A program made the translations under genes and the position numbers. The notes below the pieces were generated by a model. It did not search any database and was not told where the DNA came from. It saw only the letters and a list, made by a program, of their open reading frames with translations. Shown here one piece after another: positions 13,399 to 25,420 of a DNA stretch of 64,000 bases (positions are counted from its first letter, which is position 1; the number at the start of each line of letters is the position of its first letter). Source of the DNA: Eledone cirrhosa (lineage: Eukaryota); the NCBI GenBank assembly GCA_964016885.1, contig OZ024752.1:29760001-29824000 (forward strand). Direction: 5' to 3'.

Positions 13399-14460
13399 TT
13401 AAATTATAAATATTTTAAATTCATAGAAGTAATTTGGAAACTCGAATGCAAGGATAGCTGTTAAAACAGCCAAATTCCATCAATGACAGCATGTAAGTCA
13501 GGTAGAAATACCTCTAAGGCAACCATATTGCCTTAATCATAACTATTTTATGATAGTATTAATTGTTGAAACACTAGAGTATTGAATACAAGACTATATG
13601 TATTATATTGTTTACTGTTGTCCCTCTCCTCCTCATTTATAAGTTCAACCCTTACAGAGATAGTTCATGACATTTACTACAGTATTTTTCTTTAAATATT
13701 ATCCTGATACCTTAAAAATCTTCACCAAAGTTTACTCTCACCAGAGTTTACTTTGGTGAAGAGTTTTTCAAATTTCCAACCGTAACATTTCCTCTTGATG
13801 CAAGAAATAAACCTTAGAAGACAATTTGAATATATAAAGAACTAAACCTCATGAAATGGTTTTGTTGTAAATGTCAGCTTTGGTTATTCCATTCTAGTTG
13901 TAAAAGTTTTTTTTTGTTTTGAAAATTTTGAAAACAGACTTTTATTTTTTAAATTTTCTAATTCATTTTATTAAAAAATATATTCTTAAAATTTCATTTT
14001 CCAGCAATGTAAACTGAAATGAAGTGTAAACTTTTGGTTTCAAATTTTAAAAACATTTATTCAAATATGAATTTTTATTTTATATTTTATATTTATTTTT
14101 TTGTTAAAACAAAATTGCTTTAACATAAGAATATTCATGTTATTTTAAATGGAATTCATAAAATATGGTTTAGAAAAAAATTAATAAAAGTCTTGAATAA
14201 TTATCCAAGTTAAAAAGAAGCTTCATAAAGACAGAATTGAACACAATTAAACCGATATGAATATAACATTTAATTTAATAGTTGCATTTAAATGGTTGAA
14301 GAAGGGAAGTAGAAAGGAAGTGGTGGATGGATAGTGAATTGGTTGATATATCTATATATCTATATATCTCTCTCTATATATATATAGAGAGAGAGAGAGT
14401 GAGTTAGAGATAAATAGATGGATATATATACAGAGGAAGAGATAGATAGATAGGTATATA

Positions 14461-14804
14461 TCATCATTCATCATCATTTCATTTTACGTCCACTTTTCCC
14501 TGCTTGCAAGGGTGGGACGGGAACAGATTCTGGCTTGATTTCTACAGCTGGATGCCCTTCCTAACACCAACCTCATTTACAGTGAGTGCTGGGTGCTTTT
14601 TTGCCGTGGCACCTCCACGACCACTTTGCAGTGGAATGATAGGGACCCCAGTCCCTATCATCTCAGTTCTACAGCTGAGTAAACTGGAGCAATGTGAAAT
14701 AAAGTGTCTTGCTCAAGGAAACAACACATCACCAGGTCTGAGAATTGAACTCACAACCTGTCGATTGCAAGGCCAATGCTCTAACCACTAAGCCATGTGC
14801 CTCC
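14461..14804 (-). mobile_element. SINE family A (tRNA head + CORE-like + Ceph-like domain + RTE 3' tail)
   Basis: Near-identical reverse complement of 28972-29310. Confidence 0.92.
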
Positions 14805-14893
<89 letters not shown>

Positions 14894-16377
14894 CATATAT
14901 ATATATAAATAGAGGGAGAGATAGATAGATAGGTAGGTAGTTAGGCAGGCAAATAGATAGATATATAGATAGGTAGGCAGAAAACAAAATACTTAGTATG
15001 TGTATGTGTATACATGCAAAAATGAATTGATGGCAACAGAATTTTCTTTTAAAAGGAAAACATTGGTGCTAATGGATTTCAGCTTGGAACTAATAGATTT
15101 CAGCCTTTTCTATTTTTCTACGTCAGGAAAATGTGTAGTCCTACTTCTGAAATGTCACAGTAAAATGTTTCTTCTTTATAGATGTAACAAGTGCCCCATC
15201 TGGTTAAGTATTACCATCAATTGAGAGAGAGAGGAGGTAGTGATAGAGGGGGGGGGGAGAAGACAACATAGTCAACTAAACTAATATAATGTTAGATTTT
15301 TTAAATTTTATTTCAAAGATTAACCCCCCCCCCCCAAAAAAAAAAATTCATAGTTCTCTCTGGAGTTAATTATTTTGTAGTATACTATTACATTTACTGG
15401 AAATTAAAAACAAAGTGAGAAAAAAAGAAAGAAAAAACAAAGCGAGAAAAAGGAAAGAAAAAAGAAAATAAAGGAAAGAGAAATATAATTGCACTACTAG
15501 AAACAATCTGTATAATTTCATTTAGCTTGTTGCATACTTTATTCCCAGAGAATTTTTACCATTAATGCCATAGTTTCATTGTATCAGTTATATGAATAGA
15601 AGGAATTATAACTTTACATATGAAGAAAGCAATATTTTTGTTGCAATAAATGTGTACCCCCCCCCCCCCCCCACAACAACAAAAAAACAACAACAACTAG
15701 AAAGCTATATATAAAATGTTATGTTTCTGTCTGCCACAATTATTCAATAAATACTAAATTCCAATTATATATATTCCAGTCTGATAAGTTGATATATATT
15801 TTTTTCTTATAATAATTCTAGTGACTCCAATATTTTATAGAAAATATCAACATAAAAAAAAAAAAAAATGTTCTGGGTTATTTTCAATAAGAGAGAACCT
15901 TATGGATACAGTTTTGAAAATAGATTTCAAATAAAATACAATCTTCCAGTCAATACTAATAGAAGATGTGCTTTTAGTTGAGAAAAACAAAACACACACA
16001 AAAAAAAAGAATGCAAAAAAAATATGACAAACAAATGAGAATTAAAGCACCAAAATACCAAATAGTAGAAACTTTTGAATTGTTCTCATTGTCTTGTCAG
16101 AGCCCTCAAGTAAAATTGTTTGCAAGTGTTTAAATTAAAAGTTATCTTCAACAAATCAGAACAGCTGAGCACCACAAAATTATTTTCTAAAGCAGGCTTT
16201 TAAAAGACATTATTTTCTATTTAGAGCTCCAGAAGGATTTAATTCAAAGTCACGCCATTGAATGGAAGGAATTCTATTCCATGGAAAAAAAATAAAATGC
16301 TGAGGGCAGGTTTTCAAATAAATATATAAAGTGATATAAAAATTCTTATAGACTCTTCAGAAATGAAGAACAAAAAG

Positions 16378-16408
<31 letters not shown>

Positions 16409-16415
16409 ACAGAGA

Positions 16416-16457
<42 letters not shown>

Positions 16458-16853
16458 GATATAATAAACTCATTTGGTTATATAACTTTCTCTAAACCCA
16501 CTCTGCTTCTCCCCATGCATTGAGTCCTCCAATATTTGTGGTCTCCCTGGTCTCTGCACCACAGACAGACCCCCCTCCTATCTCTCTCTGTCTCTCTATA
16601 TATATGCATAAATGTAAACAACACTTGACTTAAGAAGATTTGGGAAAAATTGAAATGAGTGGGTCCTAATGTAAATGAGCAAATGACCATAATTATAAGA
16701 GCCAACCACAATGAACGAAAGTTGATAAAATTGGGTAAAATAGCCCTGGATATGGAAAAGAAGTAGACATAGGGACCTGCTAGGAATTGAACTCTGCTTA
16801 TCTTGCATACCAGAGCTGCTGGCCACCAATTCTCTCTGTTTAAAAGATTTTAA

Positions 16854-17029
16854 CCCGTTAGCATTTAAACCATCTGTATCCAGCCAGAATTCTCTCACCT
16901 CTTTCTGTTCAAACCGGCTGTAACTGGCCACTCATACTGGAATTAAGTATAGATTTGATATCATGTGAGGATAAAGCATTTACCACAAAAATACAATAGT
17001 AAATATAGAGTAATGTAAATGTTAAAAGA
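16854..17029. mobile_element. piggyBac-like MITE, internally deleted
   Basis: TTAA-CCCGTTAGCATTTAAACC start; agtaatgtaaatgttaaaaga-TTAA end. Confidence 0.8.
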
Positions 17030-18698
17030 TTAAGCCTCTAGATAGAAATGTAAACAAAGCAGTTGACTTAAGCACTGAGAAATTGGAAACTTGAAATGTG
17101 TGTCCCAACGTAAATGACCATAATAAATAATCGATGACTATAAATAATAGTTGAGAAGATTGAGTAAAGTACTCTTGAAGACAGAAAAAAGTGGGCAGAG
17201 GTGTCTGTAAGGAATGGAACTGCACATCTGAATGGCGGGGGAACTACTTTCTGTCATCAGAGAACTATCATTGTCAACACCAGAGCCCCAACAGCAAACA
17301 GCAACAATGGCTTCAACAACAATAGCAGTAGCAACATCAACAACAGTGACAACACCACCACCACCACCACCAGCAACAACAGAACCACCAACAACAGCAA
17401 GAACCATGAAAACCCACCAGGGCTCTCCAAACAAAGCTCTCCCTCTCCCTTTCCACACTCTCTAAACACACAGACACACAATGACACAAATATACTTCCA
17501 CCCCTACCTTTGTCAGACATAAATACTTCCTCATCTCTTAGTAAAGGAGAAGAAGAACCACAAAAACCCAAAAGGCAAGAAAAACAGACACAAATGGCAC
17601 CGGTTGACAAGAGCAGTTGTCAACAATAGGTGGTGGGGTGCTCTGAAGAGAGTGATAGAGTAAAGTCGTTAGCTTTTAGTAAAGAAATAGCAGTAGTAAA
17701 AAATAAAATGGAGCGGGAATTAGTAGCTAAACTAGATGAAGTGACAAGGAGTTGCATTGGAACCAATGTGCTAGCTGTGAGAATGGCACTGAGAGCTAAG
17801 AGAAGCATGCTCTAAGAAATGAGAGAACAAAAGAGAGGCACAACATGGTAATAAAACCACAATGTGCTCTTTGATGAACTGTGACGAGTGCGTGCAGTTT
17901 GATTCCAAGCCAGATGTGTGCAGTTTTTCAGCAGCACTTTGCGTGACTATTTGAGGCAAGCAGGGCGTGTAAAAATCTCAGTTATAGTAACTAAATGGAA
18001 TACAGCATAAAGCATAAATATTTTTTTTTATATTTATATATTTCAGCAAAAATATCTTCAAATCTTTCTCATTTGTGCAATGAGTGACATTCTTTTAATA
18101 GTGAGTAAACAGACGGAAGTTGGAAATATATTAAAGTAAAATTTTAATATAAATTTAATATAAATTTGACATAATTATGACATAAGTTAACTAAACATTC
18201 ATATCTAAACGAGTGTTAAATTTGGATTGATAATATTTGTATATTTAACACAAACAAATAAAATATTTCAAATTTTTTGTTATATACTCATTCAAAAATT
18301 AACAGTCCAATTTTCCAGACAGTTAACTTGAAAATTTTAATTTTTAAAAATGTTGTTTTGTTTTGGCTATATATATATTCTATAAGTTGGTAAAACAAAG
18401 GTGTTGGTAAAACAGTAAGGCATTCAGATATTCATTTAAATATCAAATGTGGTTTATTTTTATATCTACAATAATGAGAGATATTTCAAAGGTAAATCCA
18501 GTTGGTGTACTCCAGTTGGTCATCTTAGATTCAAATCATAGAGTATATATTAACAAAGAAATAAGTCACCAAGTTCAACAGTTAATACAGTAAAATAACT
18601 TATTTCTTTGTTATATATATATTTACATATATATTTACATAGAACTCATAATATTAAGTTCATATGTAGATATGTCATTATCTGTAAACCAATTATTG

Positions 18699-18759
18699 TA
18701 TTTTATCTGACGATAGCGTACCAAAATACTGGTACCCTTGAAATATATTTAATAAAATA
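18699..18759 (+). ncRNA. Putative minimal type I hammerhead ribozyme (Penelope-like)
   Basis: Stem I TATTTTAT/ATAAAATA; core CTGACGA (18707-18713); stem II GTACCA-aaatac-TGGTAC; GAAA (18740-18743); one-base-pair stem III with a tatatt loop; TA cleavage doublet at 18750-18751. Confidence 0.55.
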
Positions 18760-18816
18760 AATATGGTTTTATAAAGATAGCTTCCATTTATTAATATTAT
18801 TGATATATATAAAGCA

Positions 18817-18902
18817 AGAAGTGTAAGTCAACAGGTTAAAATTAACTTTGTTTATTCATATGAATAAACAAAGTTAATTTTAACCTGTTGACTTACACTT
18901 CT
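18817..18902. repeat. Perfect 86-bp palindrome
   Basis: agaagtgtaagtcaacagg...ttcat|atgaa...cctgttgacttacacttct; no spacer and no mismatch on manual check. Confidence 0.95.
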
Positions 18903-19034
18903 AGTTTTAAATTACTCTGGAGGAAACAGACTCACCTGCACACTTTGTTGAGTGCTCTAACCTGCATACTGAAGAGTCGGTAAGCCACCAACACATACTC
19001 AAATTTATCTATATATATATCTATACACATGCTG

Positions 19035-19079
<45 letters not shown>

Positions 19080-19084
<5 letters not shown>

Positions 19085-19291
19085 AAAATGTTCAAGATCC
19101 CGATGGCAGAGCTCAAGCCGTTTCAACGGCTATTTCGACGGCTATTTCCGTCCAGAAATAGCGATTCAAACGGCTTGAGTTCTGCCGTCGGGGTCTTGAA
19201 CATTTTCCTATTACCCACTCTACTACCCAAATTATTGAGTACTCTGGTACATTATGGTCCACCTAGTTCCTTACCACACTTCCTTCGTTTT
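19080..19291. mobile_element. Inverted-repeat element within (TA)n, probable Penelope-like pLTR remnant
   Basis: Arms ataggaaaatgttcaagatcccgatggcagagctcaagccgttt / aaacggcttgagttctgccgtcggggtcttgaacattttcctat (19080-19211), plus a unique tail similar to 48531-48620. Confidence 0.55.
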
Positions 19292-19617
19292 ATATATATA
19301 TATATATATACACATGCTGGGTATATATATATAATATATATATATGAATAAAGTGGTCCTTCATCAGTGATCTTCCAACCATCATCGGTATTTCTTCGCT
19401 TTAAAGACCATATACCTCCGGTTGGTGCGAGCAATGGCTAAAGAAAGTCGTTGGGACATGTAAATAAAGGGAACAGCGAGAGTGTAAAAAAACAAAGATG
19501 GTGAAACAACGAAAAGTGAGAAAGAGCGAATCAAGTCCAAAAATTTCCATGAATATAAGTTCGGTGAAATCGTGAACGAGAGAGAATAAAGACCATCAAA
19601 CCTGGTTGAAATGTGAG

Positions 19618-19862
19618 CAAGGTGAGCACAAAGTCTTTCCCTGATTATAAAATACCATATCTCAGATACTATTTGAGATTTTACTTTTTTATTGTTTTAA
19701 TTTATAAATTTCAAGTTATAGTTTTTCTGAACATGTTTTACATTTTTCTCTTCTAATGGAAGTAGGCTGTAATTTGCAGTAACAAAATGATATCTATGAA
19801 ACAAAAAGTTCAGCAGTATGTTTTGTGGTTTATAATCATGGAAAGACTTTATGCTCACCCTA
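19618..19862. mobile_element. Tc1/mariner-type MITE
   Basis: ~33-bp TIRs caaggtgagcacaaagtctttccctgattataa / ttataatcatggaaagactttatgctcaccct, with TA on the right side. Confidence 0.7.
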
Positions 19863-20135
19863 TATATATATAAATTGATTAAGAGCTTTATAGAACGATC
19901 TATTAGAGATAAGCTGTAATCTTGAGAAAATAATTCCAACCAATGTTTGCCATTTCAAAATTCCATCATTCTTTTTTCTCTATTTTAAATGAATATATCA
20001 CAAATGCTACAAATTAATTAGTTTTGAAAGAATTATGCTTTTTTTTTCAAAATAGGAAATATAATTTGAATATATATAATGGAGTTTTGAGAACATACTT
20101 AACTTCATCAATTTATCAAAATGTTCAATGATGTT

Positions 20136-22250
20136 TATTATTATTATTGTTCTTTGAGTCTCAGTCATTGATGTTATTTAACTGGAAAGTTTGTTGAAAT
20201 GAATATCAAGCCGCTACCTGCAGCCTCAGATATTCAGGACGTATCAGAGGGTTCTTGCTGTTCCCAGCAAGCATGCCTTTTGAAGTATTCCAAAAAGCGG
20301 GGCAGGACCAATTTTCTTTAACCATCCTTGGAAACTCTTTGAGATAGTACCTAGTGCGCCTATGACAATCGGGACCACTTTGACCTCATGGCAGTTCCAA
20401 ATCCTTTTTACCTCCCACTTTAAGTCCTGGTATCGGTTAATTTTCTCCCTCTCCTTCTCTTGCATTCTCGTGTCGAATGGGCAGGCTACATCCACAATCA
20501 GGCACAATCTTTTTCCCTTGTCCCAAACCACCAGGTCAGGTCTATTGTGTTCCAGTTTCTTGTCCGTCTGTATCCTAAAATCGCACAGCACCTTCACCTG
20601 ATCGTTTTCCATCACCGACTCTGGCTTATGCTCATACCACTTCTCAGAATGGTAAATTGTTTACTGTGCATAGGTGCCAGTGGATCACCCTGCCCATCAC
20701 ATCATGTCTCCAGCCTTTATAGTGAGTCTGGGCTAGGTGTTTACACTCAGATACAATGTGAGCCACAGTCTCCTCTCTCTCTCCACAGATCCTACACAGT
20801 GGGCTAGCCTCCTTCTTGTAAATATGGTATTTCAGCCACTTCGTTTTGCGCAGCCATTAGAATTCCTTCTGTAGCCTTTTTAAGGTCTCCTCTTTTCAAC
20901 CAGTTCCATGTCTGTGGATCTCTAAATTCAGTTTTCTCAAAGAAGGTACTATGAAGGGATTTTTCATTGCTCTTTCTCCTTGGACATCCCCTGGTCTATT
21001 GTCCTCTCCTTCAGTACAATTCTGAGCATTGGCTCCATACTATCAGTCACGTATTTGTGTAGGTTGTTTTTCTCCATCTGAACACAGTCCTCTATGCTGA
21101 TAAGACCTTCAGATCTCCTTAAGTAGAGTCTATTGACATCACTCCTCTTGTGGAACATGTTGTAGGTAGTCAATAGCTTCCTAGTCTTCCTATCCATTTC
21201 TTTTTGTTCAGCAACATTCCATCTCAGAATTCCCGCACTGTACCTAATAATAGACACAGCTCGGGAATTTACTGCACTTATGGCATTCCTACTGTTCAGA
21301 TGTGACTTTAATACGCTCCTTACTCTCCGAATGTATTCAGATCTTTTCAATTCCTTCATTTTTTTGTTCTTGATGTCATCAGCCTCCAGAACGCCCAAAT
21401 ACTTGTATCCTTCCTCAGAGTCAATTTCCTTTATCATCTCACCTGTTGGTACCTGGATTCCGTTGCTTCTTCTCAATTTATCCCTCTTCATCACAAGGAC
21501 TCCACACTTACTAATACCAAATTGCATACATATATCATTGCTGAAAATACAGACAGTGTCAAAAAGCACATCCAACTCCTTCTCACTCTTCCCGAAGAGT
21601 TTAAGATCGTCCATCAAGAGGAGGTGATTGATGGTAAGCTCTCTCTTTCCCAACTTGTATCCTGCTCTCACTTTTCGCAGTATAACGGTCAGGGGGATCA
21701 GGGCAAGGACAAACAACAGAGGGGACAGACTATCTCCCTGGAAGATACCTCTCTTGATCTTCACGCTTCCCAAGGATTCTCCAGTTGATGTTAACTCTGT
21801 TTCCCAGGACTTCATACTTTTGCTCATCAATTGTCTGATGTTATCTGCCACCCCGAAGATCTCTAGGCTTTTGGTTATCCAAGAATGAGGTACCATGTCG
21901 AATGCCTTTTTGTAGTCTATCCATCCCATGGCAAGACCAGTGTCTCCTCCTGCAATTCCTCATTACCCTCTTATCAATAAGTAACTCGTCCTGTGTACCA
22001 CGGGACTTCTTTCGGCATCCTTTCTGTTCATCTGGTAACAAGTTGTTTATGTGGAGGTGATGGTAGATTTCCTCAGACAGTTTCCACATTACGGACAGAC
22101 ATGTGATAGGTCTATAGTTGGTAACATCATTACCCTTGGTTCGGTCTTTCATTACCAGAACTGTGGTACCTTTTGTCAACCACTCTGGTACCTCACCTCA
22201 CCTGACATCAAGCAGTCATTGAACATGGTTGTCAGTTTCGAGTGGAGGGA
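20136..22250 (-). mobile_element. 5'-truncated non-LTR retrotransposon with C-terminal restriction-like endonuclease (R4/Dong-like)
   Basis: RT motifs NYRPITCL, WIDYKKAFD, GIFQGDSLSP, LMDD, YKYLG; CCHC knuckle CRICGEREETVAHIVSEC (~20740-20800); RLE motifs RHD, NRPDLVV, DVACP, K..RYQDL; (TAA)n 3' tail at 20136-20148. Frameshifted. Confidence 0.9.
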
Positions 22251-23129
22251 TGTAACAACAACAACATCAACATCAACATCATCATCATCATCATCACCAT
22301 CACCATCATCATCATCTATAACATACAACTTAGCTCTGGTTTTATTTCTTATTCTAAATGCATCTGTCTTGGTTTATATCAGATAAGCAATTCAGTTTCA
22401 TTGGAAAGAATTATGCTACATATTGCATATACTGCTGGAATTTCATATACTAGGATTTTTTCAACACACTGATGCATATATGCGTATGTGTGTGCATGTG
22501 CATATACATACATTTATATGTATAATAATATATAAATATAAATGCACAAACACAGACATAGTTACAAAAATACACACCCACAGACATGCATTCACACAAA
22601 TACACATACATTCACACATACACATACACTCAAACCCAGCATAGCAAATGGAACGCCAGCTGCTGTTTTGCTAAAGTTTTTTCACTACCCCTTCCTTCCT
22701 TTTACACACACATACATTCACACAAATACACACACACACACTGTGTGATGAACAGACAGATGGACGGACGGATGGATGGAAGTCACTCAAATTTATATAT
22801 AGACTTATAAACTAACAATATGTATGTATGTTCGTCTTGTTTCATAATTTTTTACCACGAGAGAGAGTCAATTTCTAACATAGACACAATACTCTTTCAT
22901 TTACACAACATCACCTAGGTAGATATGTCTGCATGTCTGCATGCATGTGTGTGTTCAGGTATGGATATTATTGTATGTGTGGATGTGTATATTTTGAGTT
23001 ATATGTATTCATGTAGATATGTTTTGTATCTGTACATGTGTACATGCAGTTATTACATGTAGAATTTTTTGAATGTTTTACAAGTTTTTACTATTCTATT
23101 AATGGATTATACTTGTATGTATGTATGTG

Positions 23130-23735
23130 CTACTGGTAACATGTAACCCAGTACAACCTGTCACATGGCCGGGTCGTCGGCGCGACTAAACTGGCAACCC
23201 CACCAAGTTTACGTGGTGAGGAGGGTGATTTTGGACACCCTGCAGGACAAAAAACAAAACCTGACAAAGGGCGGAAGAACTCATAAGAGTCAATGGCCAT
23301 CCGAAAGTGTGTAAATATGTATATACACATGTACATATGTATGTATATGTATATGTGTATATACATGGGTGCATGTGTGTATATGCGCGGGGACATAGAA
23401 ATAGTCGGGCTGGACACCCAATCGCCCAGTTAAACCACTGGAAGTGAAGGACCCCTAGCCTTTGTCAGGGCATTCTTCTAGGAGAAGGCAACTCAGGAAA
23501 CTGGGATAACTCCGATATAAAACCTGCAGCTCAGTAGTTACCAATGATGTTGATCACTTCTTCTTTTCGGGTTATAGCTACTGTCGCTCAGAGAGTGGGA
23601 TTGGCTCAGTGCACAGTCTTTCCTCACTTTAAAAAATATATTCACGCTCAGGCATTGTACGATAGAATTAATTAATAATTATTAATAATGTTATATCGTG
23701 CAATGGTCATACTCAATAACGAGGGGAAGCCACCA

Positions 23736-23736
<1 letters not shown>
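23130..23736 (+). mobile_element. GC/CpG-richer non-autonomous retroelement or LINE UTR-derived insert in (ATGT)n
   Basis: Sharp compositional island; ctaggagaaggcaactc...aaacc resembles the RTE 5'-UTR motif; tgtatgt(g) on both flanks. Family not identified. Confidence 0.45.
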
Positions 23737-23770
<34 letters not shown>

Positions 23771-23951
23771 ACGGATTAAAAACATTTTTTCTTCTTTTTC
23801 CTTCACATTGTTACATATTTACCTGTGTAGTCACTTACCCACCTGTATAGTAGTTACTTATCCACCTGAGTAGTCACCCACCTGTGTATGGTATGGTCCT
23901 GTAACTCCCGATGGAGTAGTAGTGGCATATAGCATTTCTTGGGCATTTTAA

Positions 23952-24161
23952 CCCTTTAGCATTCACATTACTCTATATATACTATTATATTTTCGTGGTA
24001 AAGGCTTTACCTCACATAATTATCTCACATAATATCGAATCTATGAGATTTTGAAAGTATTTATTTTGAGAACAATACCTTAACATCAGTTTGAGTGACC
24101 AGTTACAGCCAGTTTCAGCAGAAAAAGGTAGAGAATTCTGGCTGGTTTGAACATTAAAGGG
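23952..24161. mobile_element. piggyBac-like MITE (TTAA TSD)
   Basis: TTAA-CCCTTTAGCATTCAC ... CATTAAAGGG-TTAA; very close to the copy at 53990-54703. Confidence 0.9.
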
Positions 24162-24290
24162 TTAAGCCTGGTGGAGCCCATCCCTCTCCCTGTTCATTAA
24201 AGGTGGGAAGAGTTTAATCTTCCTTTTAAGGATACAACACAGTAAATGTATAATAAACATGTTAAACAACCAATATTTTATGTACTAGGC

Positions 24291-24474
24291 CAGGGTTTCC
24301 CAAACTTTTTCAAACGTGGAACCCCTTTTGGTTCAGAAACTTTTGGGAGAACCCCAAATTCTAATAATGTTATATGGTCATGATATAAATATACTCCTCT
24401 ACTTTATTCATGGAACCCCAGACACTCCTTTGCGGAAACCTTGGGTTCCATGGAACCCATTTTGGGAATCACTG
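24291..24474. mobile_element. hAT (Charlie-like) MITE
   Basis: TIRs CAGGGTTTCCCAAA / TTTGGGAATCACTG; imperfect 8-bp TSD tactaggc / tactagca; subterminal ggaaccc motifs. Confidence 0.75.
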
Positions 24475-24773
24475 TACTAGCATAACATACTAGACACAAA
24501 GAACAGAAAAATAACCTCAATATTTATGAAGTATTTGAATATGAATTATAATAACAACGTTAATATGAATAACAAATGTTTGCTTGACAAATATTAAATA
24601 TTCATAACCTCTAATAAGTCTAACAATATTATTCTTTGATTTTGTTCCTTTCTCTATAAACATGTGCCAAAGTGACCAACAGATCACATTTGTCTTTTGA
24701 AAACTTACTTGTATCTAATTTTGTTTTATTGATATAGTTTTAGTCTTTAGTTTCAAGAACTCATAGTACTTAC

Positions 24774-24868
24774 CAGTTGAAGTTGTACAATGAGGATCAG
24801 CACCTTTTTCAAGCAAGTATTCACAGACATCTGCATGTTTCTGCATTGTAGCTATAAACAAAGGTGTT
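24774..24868 (-). CDS. Internal coding exon of an ankyrin-repeat protein gene
   Basis: Minus strand: cttcatttctacAG|...|GTAAGTAC, with consensus splice sites. 95 bp, phase 2 to phase 1, translating xTPLFIATMQKHADVCEYLLEKGADPHCTTST, which matches the ankyrin consensus TPLHxAxxxGHxxVxxxLLxxGADxN. Confidence 0.88.
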
Positions 24869-25116
24869 CTGTAGAAATGAAGATAAAAATGAAGATAAAA
24901 ATGTTTTATTTGTAAACATTTTTCAACACAATCATCATAGTTAAATCTCCATCAGAAAAAAAAAAAATGAAGCAAATTTGAAATTTCATTAACAAAACAA
25001 GAGTTATTTAATGTATAAATACATCTTACTAAAATTTATAGTATTACCTCAGCTGAAATATTATTATTCTTTATATTTATAAAGAATAATGAAGATCATT
25101 CTTAGTTTTGCATTTT

Positions 25117-25420
25117 AATAATGGTTTCAGATTTAGGCACAAAGCCAGCAATTTTGGAGGAGGGGAAAGTCGATTAAATCGACCCATGCATTGCTTGTAC
25201 TTTATTTTATCAAATCTGTAAGGATGAAAGGCAAAGCTAACCAGTTAATAATAATGGTTTCTGATTTAGGCACAAGACCAACAATTTAAGGAGAGGGGGA
25301 AGTTAATTAAATCAATTCAGTGCATAACTGGTATTTTATTTTATCATCTTGTAAGGATGAAAGGTAAAGCTAACCTTGGGGGAATTTGAACTCAGCACGT
25401 AAAGGGTCGTAACTCCACTG
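25117..25420 (-). mobile_element. Two tandem SINE B copies
   Basis: taataatggtttc(a/t)gatttaggcacaa ... aggatgaaaggcaaagctaacc occurs twice; B-box atttgaactc in the second copy. Confidence 0.8.
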
